Source: Albugo candida
Taxonomy: Eukaryota
Reading direction: 5' to 3'
Assembly (NCBI GenBank): GCA_040437565.1
Contig: JBDOQK010000030.1
Coordinates: forward strand, 62,001-126,000
Length of the DNA: 64,000 bases
Shown here one piece after another: positions 11,586 through 23,000 of the stretch (positions are counted from its first letter, which is position 1; the number at the start of each line of letters is the position of its first letter). Below the pieces are notes generated by a model. It was not told the DNA's origin, did not search any database, and saw nothing but the letters and a program-made list of their open reading frames with translations. A program made the translations under genes and the position numbers.

Positions 11586-13255
11586 AATAATTCCTTAGTT
11601 TACAGCCGTTTAGACCTGGCTTTAGTAGGAGTGAATAAGCGAGATCGCCTTCAGGAGAGAAAAAGGTCAGAGTGACCGAGACTATCCAACCAACAGTAGA
11701 GCCGATGGATTCAAGTTTGGTTCGATCCATTCGAGAAAAGTAGGATCGTTCACAAGAGGAGGATGCCTCTAAGGTATCTCGGGAGGAGTTGATAGTGACA
11801 GTGAAATGATTTCAGGAGCAATTCCCGAATCAATTAATGCTGAATCAGAAGCTGGAAGCTCAGCAGCAAGAATGATGGCGGACCATGAGTTGGCACATCA
11901 GCAAGCACAACAGATAAATTTTCTGGTTGCAGAAGTACAGTAAAGAGCACGCTTTAGCAGCCTCGCGAGATGGGGAATGTTTGAAGGCAAGACTCAAGAG
12001 ACGGATGACGTGGTCATGGAGCCCATTCCATGGGAATAACCGCTAAAAGCAACTCAAAACACTCTGGTGACGACAAGCGGAAACATGCCTCGACCACCCA
12101 TCTACAAGGGCGCGTCTCAAAGTCACAAACGAGCTTTAATGGATGCAAACCTTGCTTACGAAAGTACAGTGCAGGTCATGAACTGAGCACGGAGATTCAT
12201 ATCAAAATGCCGTGGGAGCGTGTATCGAGCATAAAATAATGATGAGAATTTTCAAGTATGAACTAATGCGACCGGAGTCCGAACTTACGGAAGAAGATTG
12301 AATGAGAATTTTCGTAGAGGCTAAAACTCTGATAAGTCAAGATCTTTGACACTCAAGAAAGCCATGAGGAACTTGCAGATGATGCAAGAGTATGGTGGGA
12401 AATCCCGAGTGGATTGTCTCATCCGCGACTTCATGAACGCCCTGGATGAGCAGGACATGTAAAACTTCGACGAGGAAGAGCCAAAGCTTCGCCTAAAGTA
12501 TCTTGTGAATGCGCTTAGACCACCTTGTTTGCCAGATGCGGTGAGGTCGGAATTGAAGCGTCAAGCAAATCGAAGATACAGAGCCAATGTACCTGAGTTT
12601 GTGGCATGGTTGAAGCCGCAGGTCGTGAAATTTGTCAAATTTGAGCCAGCCCTAATGTCAATGACAGTATTGTCGGGAGCAGAAGTAGAAGTAAGGGTGT
12701 GTCTTACATATCTCAACCTAAAGAAGCAAAAAAAAACAATGCAGCGACGGGTGGAAGACACATATATACGAAGATTGGACATATAGATGCAATTACAAAG
12801 GACCAAAAGATTGCATTCAAGAGAAAGGAGAAAAGCACACGACAACGAGAATGTCTCCTTGTCGGTCAACTGACCATACGGTTTTTTGCTGCCCCGACTG
12901 TGATTCCACTAGAGCGTAGGAATTATAGCAAATTTACAAAAGTACGTGGAGAGCCAAAGCAGTCGGTGGAGTGACGGACATGGGAAAACTTAACAAGACT
13001 CCGCTTCTCGAGGAAACAATCGGAGGTAAGACGATCTCTGTTTTAGCAGATAGAGGTGCAATTGTTCCAATCATTTCAGCAAACTGGCTAAACAATTTCG
13101 GTGATGGAGGGAAGTGTGCACAGAAAAGCTTGAAGGAATCGATCAAGTTGATGAGTTTCTGGAAATTTACAGAAGATCAGAGAACTATTGTTCAACTAGA
13201 ATTCACAACTTCAGGAGACGGCTGCAAGTGGCAAATGTCGAAGTATGATACTGCC

Positions 13256-13453
13256 TAGGGCTGCAAATGGGTCTAGATCTACAGGATCTAGATCTTTTTC
13301 AGATCCAGATCCATTCAGCAAATAAACCCAACTCTCAGTTCTAGATCCAGATCCATTTAGCAAATGGATCTAACTCTCAGATCCATATCCATATCCATAT
13401 CCAGATCCATATCCAGATCCAGATCCTGATCCACTGGATCCATTGCAGCCCTA
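13256..13453. mobile_element. hAT-type MITE inserted in Gypsy pol
   Basis: TIRs TAGGGCTGCAA(A)TGG / CCATTGCAGCCCTA; 8-bp TSD ATACTGCC/GTACTGCC; interior of ATCCAG/ATCCAT repeats. Confidence 0.88.
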
Positions 13454-15265
13454 GTACTGCCCAAAAAATCGCCTGCAGGAATGGGGGAATTGATTCTCAT
13501 TCGGGATGTTATGAGTCGATTGGGGTTCTGTCCTCATCGTTTGCTAGCGGAAGCTCTTTGTCGATAATCTCCGGTAGTCAGACGACATTATATAAGCGGA
13601 AAAAGGTCCGTTGGAGCAGTTCTGACTGCGGGCACTGACACAATTATAGAGGACGCATCATCGGAGGTGAAGAACGAATGGCAGGCGATTTGTTGCATTA
13701 CATGCCACTACTAGCCATTTAAATCAGAAAGAGGACGAATTACATGTATTGAATCAACTGAAGCCTAAAACAGAAGAGGCGCGAGCGCTGGATGCTCCGC
13801 AGATATGGTGCAAAAATTTGACGCTCTCGTACAGCCATACAAAGACTGCTTTAGAGTATAACTGGAAATAGAACCCCATGTGGATGTAGCTCTGTTACAG
13901 TGAGATTAGGTGAGCGAGCGGAGCCAGTGCGATGTAAGGCAAGAAAATATCCTCCAGAGTACTGCGATTTTATGGAAAAACACATTCAAGAATTATTGGA
14001 TGGGGATTAGTATGCAAAGACAAGAGAAGTCGTTGGTGTTCTCCTCCCCTTATTGTAAACCCCCAGGAATGAACCAGTTCCGCATGACGATTGACGTACG
14101 ACAGGTCAACGATCGAGCGAAACGTATGGTGTGGCCGATGCCGATGATGGAAGGCATTATGGAGCATTTGAAGAAGTGGCGGCTTTCTTCTCGCTCGAAA
14201 TTACAGGGGCTATCGGCAGTTCCCAATGGAAGCCAATAGTCAGGAATATTTTTTGTTTTTGAACGAGTCGGAGTCTACACGCCCACGCGGGTATTAATGG
14301 GAGGCTGTGACAGCGTACCTTATTTTCAAAGTGAAGTTCAAGAGTTGTTCGGAAACGAATCAAACAAAGGTTGTTACTATGGATAAATGAGCTGTTGGGC
14401 TATGAGGACTCGGATGAAGCTTTGTCCAAAATGCTGATCAGGATTATGGTCATTTGTGAAGCCAAACATTTGAAGTTAAATTTGAAGAAATGTGAATTCT
14501 GGAAAAAGAAGCCCTGCGGTGCGGTCGAATTGTTTCGAGGGAAGGGATTATACAGCATCCTGACAGAGTCTACGCACTAGCTCACCTGCCACGTCCATCA
14601 GCTGGAGACGAGCTTCAGCAATTTGTGTGTGCGTTTAACTGGATGCGATACAGCATCCCTCGCTACAATCATATGATGGAACCACTGGTAACAGTTCTGG
14701 AAAAGGTGTATAAAGCCGCAGGTGGACGTACATAACGAAGAGCTCAGAGCATCCTTTTGACCGAGGTGGGATGGAATAATGCCGAAGTTGCTGCGCTTGC
14801 GGAGGTTAGAACAGCTTTGGTTAAGATGGTCCAGTTGAATCACCCGGATCCCACTACTGCACTATACGTCTGTACAGATGCGGGTGAATCGCATTAGGGG
14901 GCAGTAGTTAGACAGATCACTTTGAATCAAACGAATCGTGATTTACAATCCCAAGAGCATGCGCTCCTTATGTTCCTAAGTGGATCATTCGCTGCGGCGC
15001 GACTTAACGGGTCGGTCGTAGGGAAGGAAGCCTATGCCATGGTAGCAACATGCATAAAAGCAGGTTATGTTCTGCATCGACCAGGTGGTTTTGATTTATA
15101 CATCGACCATCGAAATCTCTGTTATATTTTTTGTCTGCAACGGGTGGTGGCAACGGTTCTCGAGTATACGGCAGACAAATTACAAAGATGGGCGATATTT
15201 CCTATAAATTTCGATTACAAAATCAAGGATATTCCCGCGGAGAATAACGTGTGCGCGGATCTACT

Positions 15266-15512
15266 TTGTCCAGGATTTCATTACACTGTTGATCTGGTTG
15301 TTTAACTACCTTCCTTATGCGATCATGAGCCCGTGACCGTGTGAATATCACTTAAGTCTGACTTCAAACCTAGGGAGGCAGATATTTTCAAACTTATTGC
15401 TTGGGTGGGCTCAAACCGCTGTCCACACTGCCAGGGATCGAACTAACGACCTCCGGCGGGGGGGGGGGTCCGTGCGTTCAAGTACTTAAACGACTGAGCT
15501 GGGTACGGACGC
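15266..15512 (-). mobile_element. tRNA-derived SINE, family 1 copy a
   Basis: A box CAGCTCAGTCG and B box GTTCGATCC on the minus strand; 16-bp TSD at 15250-15265 and 15513-15528; splits the Gypsy motif NV.ADLLSR; second copy at 57258. Confidence 0.9.
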
Positions 15513-17519
15513 TGTGAGCGGATCTTCTATCGCGATGCGGATCCTCTCCAGCATCATTAGTGGTGTTTACTTCCAACCCGTATCAACGGGTGCACCCCTT
15601 CAGACATGCCCCGTCTGAACCTATTGGAGCATTACTTGTCTTAGACGCACCGACCTCCCCAATGCTACAATCGAAATTTGCGACCTGCGGCGAGCGAGAT
15701 TCAACGCGCACAGTTCCGCAATGGTGGATAATCAACTTGGGCATTGAAACTACGGCGGGAATCCAATGGTATTTTGTACAACAGCGAGCCCAAGATTGTT
15801 ATCCCGAGTCATAAAACTGATCTGTGTTTAAGAATATGTATCGTCGCAAATTTTGGAGTGGTTGGTCACCGTGGGTCTCAAACAGCATTCAACACTGTTG
15901 CGGATGCGTATACTTGAAAAGACATGCGAAAGGATGTCAATTATTTTGTTCGACGTTGTTTGCATTGTGCAAGTAACGGCTATGCCACCCTGCCACTCCC
16001 TTTGGGGGAAGCGTCGACGCCGAAAAACCAAACGAGTTGATCCATTTCGACTTTGCCTACATGGGGAAAGGTACAACGGAGAAAGCTATGTACTGGTGAT
16101 CAAGGACGATGCAATCAAGTACTGTCTCCTGGAACCTTATCGTGCAGTGGATGACACTGCTTGTGTCGATGCTCCTCTGCGGTGGTTTTCTTTATTCGGT
16201 GTGTGCCAAAGTACCCATTTTCTGAATGCCGTGATCTGTGATATTAAAAAAGGTTTTGGGGAGAATTACCACTACACGATGTCCTTGGGATAATGGTACT
16301 GTTGAGCCACTTATGCGTGAGCTTTTGCGGTGCACTAGACTGCTCCTCAATGAGTGAAGACTTCAACCGTCCGATTGGGGTCGTGTACTTCCGATTTTCT
16401 AGCTCATTCTGAATCACAGCCCCTCACCTACGATGCACAATGTTCCACCGATCACAACAATGACCGGTCTGGCTGCTATGCGACTCAAAGATTGCATTAT
16501 GGTACAGTCCGAGCCACTTGCCGTCTCTTCGCTGCAAGATGTTCTCCGACGCCAGCGCGCTTACATTGAACGCCTCTCTTTGGCTCTCGAGGCTACGCAC
16601 TAGCTAACCGCGGAGACAAATGGAAAACGTCTAGCGCAGCAACGTGACGTACAATCAAAGAAACCGAATGCCAAGATGGCGAAGCTCGATATTGGGGGCT
16701 ATGTCTTGTATGCCGATGTCTGGGGGCACGCAAAGGGCAAGCTGCAGACGAAATAAAATGGTCCGGCGGAACTAGCAGCTACTATCGAATTGGATTAATG
16801 AAATCCGGAATCTTATTACTGGAAACATGCGAGCTTCATGCTTCCAGACTCAAGTTTAATGCTGACAGTGACCTCAATGTATCATGGGATTTTTGCAAGA
16901 TGGTTGCGCACGATTTCGAGGGTCATGTAGTGGACAAATTTCGTGGACATCGATTTCTCCGCGCTTCGGCACGCTATGAGCTGTTGGTGTCTTGGCGTGG
17001 ACTGATGCACGCGGACGATTCATGGAAAACCGCTGCTGCTCTACATCAAGATGTCNNNNNNNNNNNNNNNNNNNNNNNNNNNNNNNNNNNNNNNNNNNNN
17101 NNNNNNNNNNNNNNNNNNNNNNNNNNNNNNNNNNNNNNNNNNNNNNNNNNNNNNNGCTACTATCGAATTGGATTAATGAAATCCGGAATCTTATTACTGG
17201 AAACATGCGAGCTTCATGCTTCCAGACTCAAGTTTAATGCTGACAGTGACCTCAATGTATCATGGGATTTTTGCAAGATGGTTGCGCACGATTTCGAGGG
17301 TCATGTAGTGGACAAATTTCGTGGACATCGATTTCTCCGCGCTTCGGCACGCTATGAGCTGTTGGTGTCTTGGCGTGGACTGATGCACGCGGACGATTCA
17401 TGGAAAACCGCTGCTGCTCTACATCAAGATGTCACTGTTTTGGTGAAAGGATATTGCCTCCTACACCAGGCGTACCAACTCGTAGCGAAAAGTCTGGGTA
17501 TCAACATTCCGGAGAGCAA

Positions 17520-17777
17520 TGTAGCGAGTCAACCAGCTGCTGAAGGTATCCGGGCACAAGCCCGTGAGCCTCTTATTAACCAGGCCCTCACCAAAAGCGT
17601 CGGAATAGCAACCTGGGTAAAGAGCAAGACAGCGGTCTGTCTTTACTTCTTCTATATTCTCAGTGATGGAGATCTAGGAGATTGAAGGATGTAGAGACTT
17701 TTGTGATCTAGGACGTTTGTGAATTTGAGAGCTTCAAGAAGAAAGAGAACTGATTTTCGATTATGGAAGTCACCACA
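17520..17777 (+). repeat. 3' LTR of the Gypsy element
   Basis: Direct repeat of 11324-11585, preceded by purine-rich GGAGAGCAA. Confidence 0.93.
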
Positions 17778-20073
17778 GCGTCTAATTATGGTAATATAGA
17801 TATCCATAGTTGGGCTATATGCTGCAGACGATTTGCAGAAACACCGAATGGAGTTTGAACACATGTCCAACTCATGACCTGGTACAAGTCTATTGTGTTG
17901 CATATGATGCGAAGTTCAACTTGAGCACGTCATCCTTGTTATCAATGAATCATGCCATGCCCTGATCTCGTATTCTCAAATTATTCATAGTGCTCTTGGA
18001 CGATTTAATCTAGTATATGAGTATTTCATTGATTTAGACACACATCCTCGTTCGATGGCTATATCAAAGATGTAGAAATTTTTTACGATAGATTTGGTTC
18101 ATGCTTTTGGGTGCACGCACTTTCCGAGGTGGACCCCTGGTTCCGCAAACGATGACCGACATCATCTCGTTTATGGTACTGCATTATACACATGAACAGA
18201 ACAGCATAAAGTATTCGACAGCAGCAATCGTTACTTGATCATTTTGTGCTCGACCCGTACCACACAAAAAAAGATCTGCAACATCTTCTTTACACCAGAA
18301 AAGACTATTGTATCTTCGTCTCCAGGATATCAAGACACAAATTCCTCTTTCTGTGGTATAATTAAATCCAGAGCCCATCACTTCCTCCAGCAGTTCTAAT
18401 CAACTACACTAGCACTCACTCAGCGAATGGACAATTGCTTTAGATTGGGATTATCGAAACTTTTCTAAGCTCCCTTCGAACCGCATAAGCTGATGAGCAT
18501 AAATATCGCTTTTCATCGATATGGGTTAATGGTATGTAGGGAAATCACATCTGATTAGAATTAAAGGTTTTAGAAGTGGCATAAAACGGATAAAAGTATT
18601 ACAATTTCAATTTTGCATTTGCTACACTACAAAGCCGTAATCGCTGCATGAAACAGCCGATATGATTTCCTTACAGCCAAGTATCGCACAATGATAGTGC
18701 TACTCTAAATCCTAATACGCAAAATGTCAGGTAAAAAAAATCCTGGCATGCTGCACTTACCACGCCGTATAATTTAAAAAAACCTGATTGCAGTTACGTT
18801 GCCCGAGTTGCTTACCTCTTCCACTGTTGTGTGACGCGATTATTGCAAGTGGTGTGCATCTTCCAAGGTGGACAATTTCATTCGCATCGGTGATTTAACA
18901 GATATTTCTCAGTGCGTTTCCCTGTACCCCAATGGCCATTTCACATCTTTCTTCTCATTACACTTATATATAAGAAAAGATCAATAAGCATTACTGCTCA
19001 CCAAACCAGAGATCGCACGAAGTCCCCCCCTGTGACCATTCGATGTAATGATCTAATGCTATGACCTTGCCCTCTGGTCGTTTTAAAGCAGGGTATGTTT
19101 CCTTCGATGACCTTGTTCATGCCTCCGGCCAGAGAAGTATAAGCGATTTGAGAGTAAGTCAGAGAATTTTGCGAAGCACATCCGAGTACTTTTCTTCAAT
19201 TCACGCTACCGCTACGTTATTCACCCAAACTGCGCCTAACAGTTCCGTTGAAGCCACATCGGCTGCTTCTTTCACGAATTCGCTGGTCCTGCTATTGCTG
19301 TCAAATGTTAGCTTAACGGATAAGTCTTGTAAAAACGTTATCCTCACGGAAGCATCGCAGCCTTTCTTGTGACCAGGTAGATTTGTATATCTTATGCGAT
19401 AAACCCAAATATTATTCCAATTCCAATCAGCTCTTGAGGGCACGTCGTAGAGCCGAAGTAGAGTTTCCAAGTATCAATGAAAATGACTTCGTCGCAAATG
19501 ACCTACAAGGTGCCAAGTGATATTTGGCACCGATTGCAATTACGGCGCATGTAATCAAATCGTACGCCGTGAATATAAGAATGTTTAGACTATAAGAAGC
19601 ATGCAATTATTTGAGATATTCGAAGTGATATGTTTACCACGACATTTAAGCTCTTTTCTTAAAGGGGACGTAAAAGTCTTAGTCTCTAATATCGGAAGGT
19701 GTCATGGACGCTTCACGTTTGACGGATATGATAATATCTGGTTCGAGAGTTTTATGCACCTTTCGTCGAAGCTGATTTCGGCGCGTTGATTTTTAACTAA
19801 ATCAAACAAGAAAAGAACCTGTCACAAGAGGGAAGTACAAGCGAAGGCAAATTTATACGAAAGGAGAGATAAGAATATCGATAATAAACGCAACTCTGAG
19901 TTTGCCAATTATCAAAAACTCCATCTGTACGCTTCTCATAGCTAAGAGCTCTTTCCACACCAGCATCAAATATGTCGAGGTAGTATTTTGTGCCTCGACG
20001 GATATGCTGCTGAGAAAAATACTTTACCAGAAGAATGAAAAGCTGCTGAAACTCTAGCTGGTGACTTATGATA

Positions 20074-23000
20074 TGTAGGAAGATGGCCGATATGTACGAT
20101 GTCCTTCAACGACCGTGATGTTTGAAACAGTGCGATATGTTGTACTTTGTAAGAGGACAGAGTACATGGGAAATGCATACGATAACAGTTAATAAAAGAT
20201 TAAATTTGCACTCAAGAAAACACATTGATAAGTTATGAGCCCAAGAACGCCTATCGCTCCCAGCGTGCCGAGGGCGCGCAAAGACACGGGCGACCGCAAC
20301 CAGATCGTCGTATCTTACACCTACCGAGAATGCAGAGGCAGCTGCGCGTGAGATGGGAGATGTATTCAGTCATGTGAAACTCAAGATACTCGAGGCATTG
20401 ACGGCTATGCAAGAACGCATGACTCGCCTCGAGCTATCACAGCTCAAGAAAGAAGAGGACAAGCGCATGAAAGGCGCTCAGAAAAGTGGTGTGTTTCAGT
20501 CCGCGTATGGAAAAAGTTTTGGATTGTCTCTGATGGAGATAAATGCGATTCTACATACCCCTCCTCCTGTGTGAGCTTCTGTACCAAGGGCACCGCAGTC
20601 CCATAGCTCAATGTACCGACAGCATCAAGAATATGCCGCCATGAGGCAGAATCACGCTATACCTCAGGAGCTGATGGCACAGCGTGTACCTGTTACGCCT
20701 AACTACAACCAACCTCAGATGTTTCAGTGTGATGTACCGGATGCTTGGCAGAAGAAGCTTTCAATACGATCGTTCGGTGGTAGTAGCTCTACGAAGGACT
20801 AGATGCAGGATTTCTCGACTGAGGTAATCGTTTCGTTTGACCGCTGGTGCTGGCTCAGATGGCATGTGGTCTGGATTGGTCGAAAAAGTCAAAGCTGACC
20901 TCGTAGGGAACTTTTTGGGCGGTACTGCAGAGCGTTATTATCATAAACAACTTGAGACATGGTGGCAAAAGCAGCCGAAGTTGCAACATGTCATTGAAAG
21001 AACACACCAAACATTTAGAAATACCACCATTCAAGCCCAAGCAATTAAGTTATTGGAAGCCAGGAAGGACTGGAAGCGGTCGTGTCTAGAACACTACTTG
21101 TATCTCGTCGCAGAAGGTGGCGCGACGGGTGGGGCATAAGTACTAGTTATCGAGAATGCTGTGCAGTATGCCTCTACTACTGACCTCCTTCATGTACTTA
21201 TGGATAAGTACGACAATAAGCGTACGATTTACTTAAGATACACCGAGGAGCTGACGCATTTAGCACAGTCGATTGAAACCGATGTTTGTGGCGCCAAGGT
21301 TACTGGGAAGGACGTTGTGCTACATGTCGGTAATTTGCAGCCAAGACGTGAGACTTGGGCGTGCTACAACTGTAATAAAGTTGGACATATCGCCGCGGAC
21401 TGCCGTGGGAAGAAGAACAAGGGAGGTGGAAACAGCAATGGACGTGGCGTACATATGACTCTCGCTGTAGTCAATGACAAAGAGACAGTGGGTCTAGTCG
21501 ACACCTTGTATGTGATGAGCGAATGCTTGAAAATTCCTGCGATTGTGACAGCGAGTGCTTGCTGCCAGATGAACAATCGCTACGTGTGACGAAGGTCGGG
21601 TCCGTGCATCTCCAGGTGACGGGCTCTGATAGAGCTTGCACAGTGCGCCTGGCTGACGTTCACCTCCCACCGTTAGCCATGTTAAACATTATCTGATATG
21701 GAAAGCTGGAGAACAAGAGTTTCAAGCTCATGTATGCAGACGTTCGTCGTTAATGGTGGATTCCAAGACTGGTACGTGGCTTTTGACGTTCAGATGACCA
21801 ATCACGTGCTTGATGTGCAAATGAAGTCAAAAGCCGATGGGTGAAGAGCAAATTGATGTGATCATGGTAGTTATCAACGAAGAGCGACTGCTGATCCAGA
21901 TACGACCTTTCCAGTAGGTACGCTCATGCAGTATCACCGTCGTATGGAGAAGGACCCAAGATCCAGCATCAAATTGGGCGATAAGACACGTTAGAAAAGT
22001 TTGACTTGCACACAGGGAAAGCAGACAGAAAACGCCCAATCGAGGGGGTGATATGCAGCGACTTAAAGGATCCGATGACTCCGAAGGATTGATTTGGAAA
22101 TCGATGTCTTGGTAAATTTTGTCGACCCGGAATCGAATTATTGCCGAATGTTCCTGACTACGACCAATGATGCAGATGCCAAGAAGTTCGAGCATTTCCT
22201 GGCTTTCTTTGAAAAAAAGTTCGACTGTCGCGTTCATAATATTGCGTACGGAGGTGGCGGTGAGTACCAGAATGGTGATTTATTTGCACGAGAAATAAAG
22301 TCACGCGGCAACTCTCTGAACCAAATAATCGCCTGCGAATTGGACAACTGCTTCGACAGAATTATCACAACTCATCCAACCTTCCTTTGGACCACACAAG
22401 CCGATGGATATATTCACCATCGCACCACATCGACATGGGAAAATGGTTCATTGGGAAAGCACATCTTCATGGTGGATACACGCATTTAAAATGTGGCATC
22501 AGATTGATTGCAGCCTTTCAATATCAGACCCAAATATTTCACAACGCCGTCAGTACTACATGGAACAACCGATGTGGTTTCACTGCGACCAAAAGTTACA
22601 TTACGAAGCTGCTACTCGTCATCCGAGTACGCAAAACGTTTGGTACAATCTTGGCATGGTGGATGAACCCCATCGAACATTTCGAAAAACGTTTGCTACA
22701 NNNNNNNNNNNNNNNNNNNNNNNNNNNNNNNNNNNNNNNNNNNNNNNNNNNNNNNNNNNNNNNNNNNNNNNNNNNNNNNNNNNNNNNNNNNNNNNNNNNN
22801 TATCAGATTTATGGCTTTCATTGCAAGCGGTGACACTGCACTTCGTCTGGACAGATCGGAATCGTCGTTTGTTCGATCATCGATCAGCAACTCCGACAGT
22901 TCCAGCACTTTCCGTCACTTACACCACGTTTAGTGCACACGTTCGGTACTTTCGAAGACAGTGTTACGACCAAGAGGAACGCATCTGGCTTGCAAAGGTT

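Larger units (their letters stand above)
11324..17777 (+). mobile_element. Ty3/Gypsy LTR retrotransposon with chromodomain, full length but decayed
   Basis: LTRs at 11324-11585 and 17520-17777 (TG...CA); degenerate TSD ACATC/GCGTC. Fragments occur in the order gag, protease (LADRGA), RT (FRMTIDVRQVN), RNase H (IDHRNL, ADLLSR), integrase, chromodomain (YELLVSWRG..DSW). Confidence 0.93.

Noticed and set aside
13300-13440. CRISPR-like or telomeric array
   Set aside because: Hexamer repeats without unique spacers, inside a MITE, in a eukaryotic context.
16778-17433. Apparent tandem duplication of the integrase chromodomain
   Set aside because: 16778-17055 and 17156-17433 look identical and flank a 100-N gap, which indicates an unmerged contig overlap.
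18961-19040. TATA followed by GAAGTCCCC (RNase MRP CR-I-like)
   Set aside because: Too close to the putative start, and no matching P4 partner or CR-V was found.
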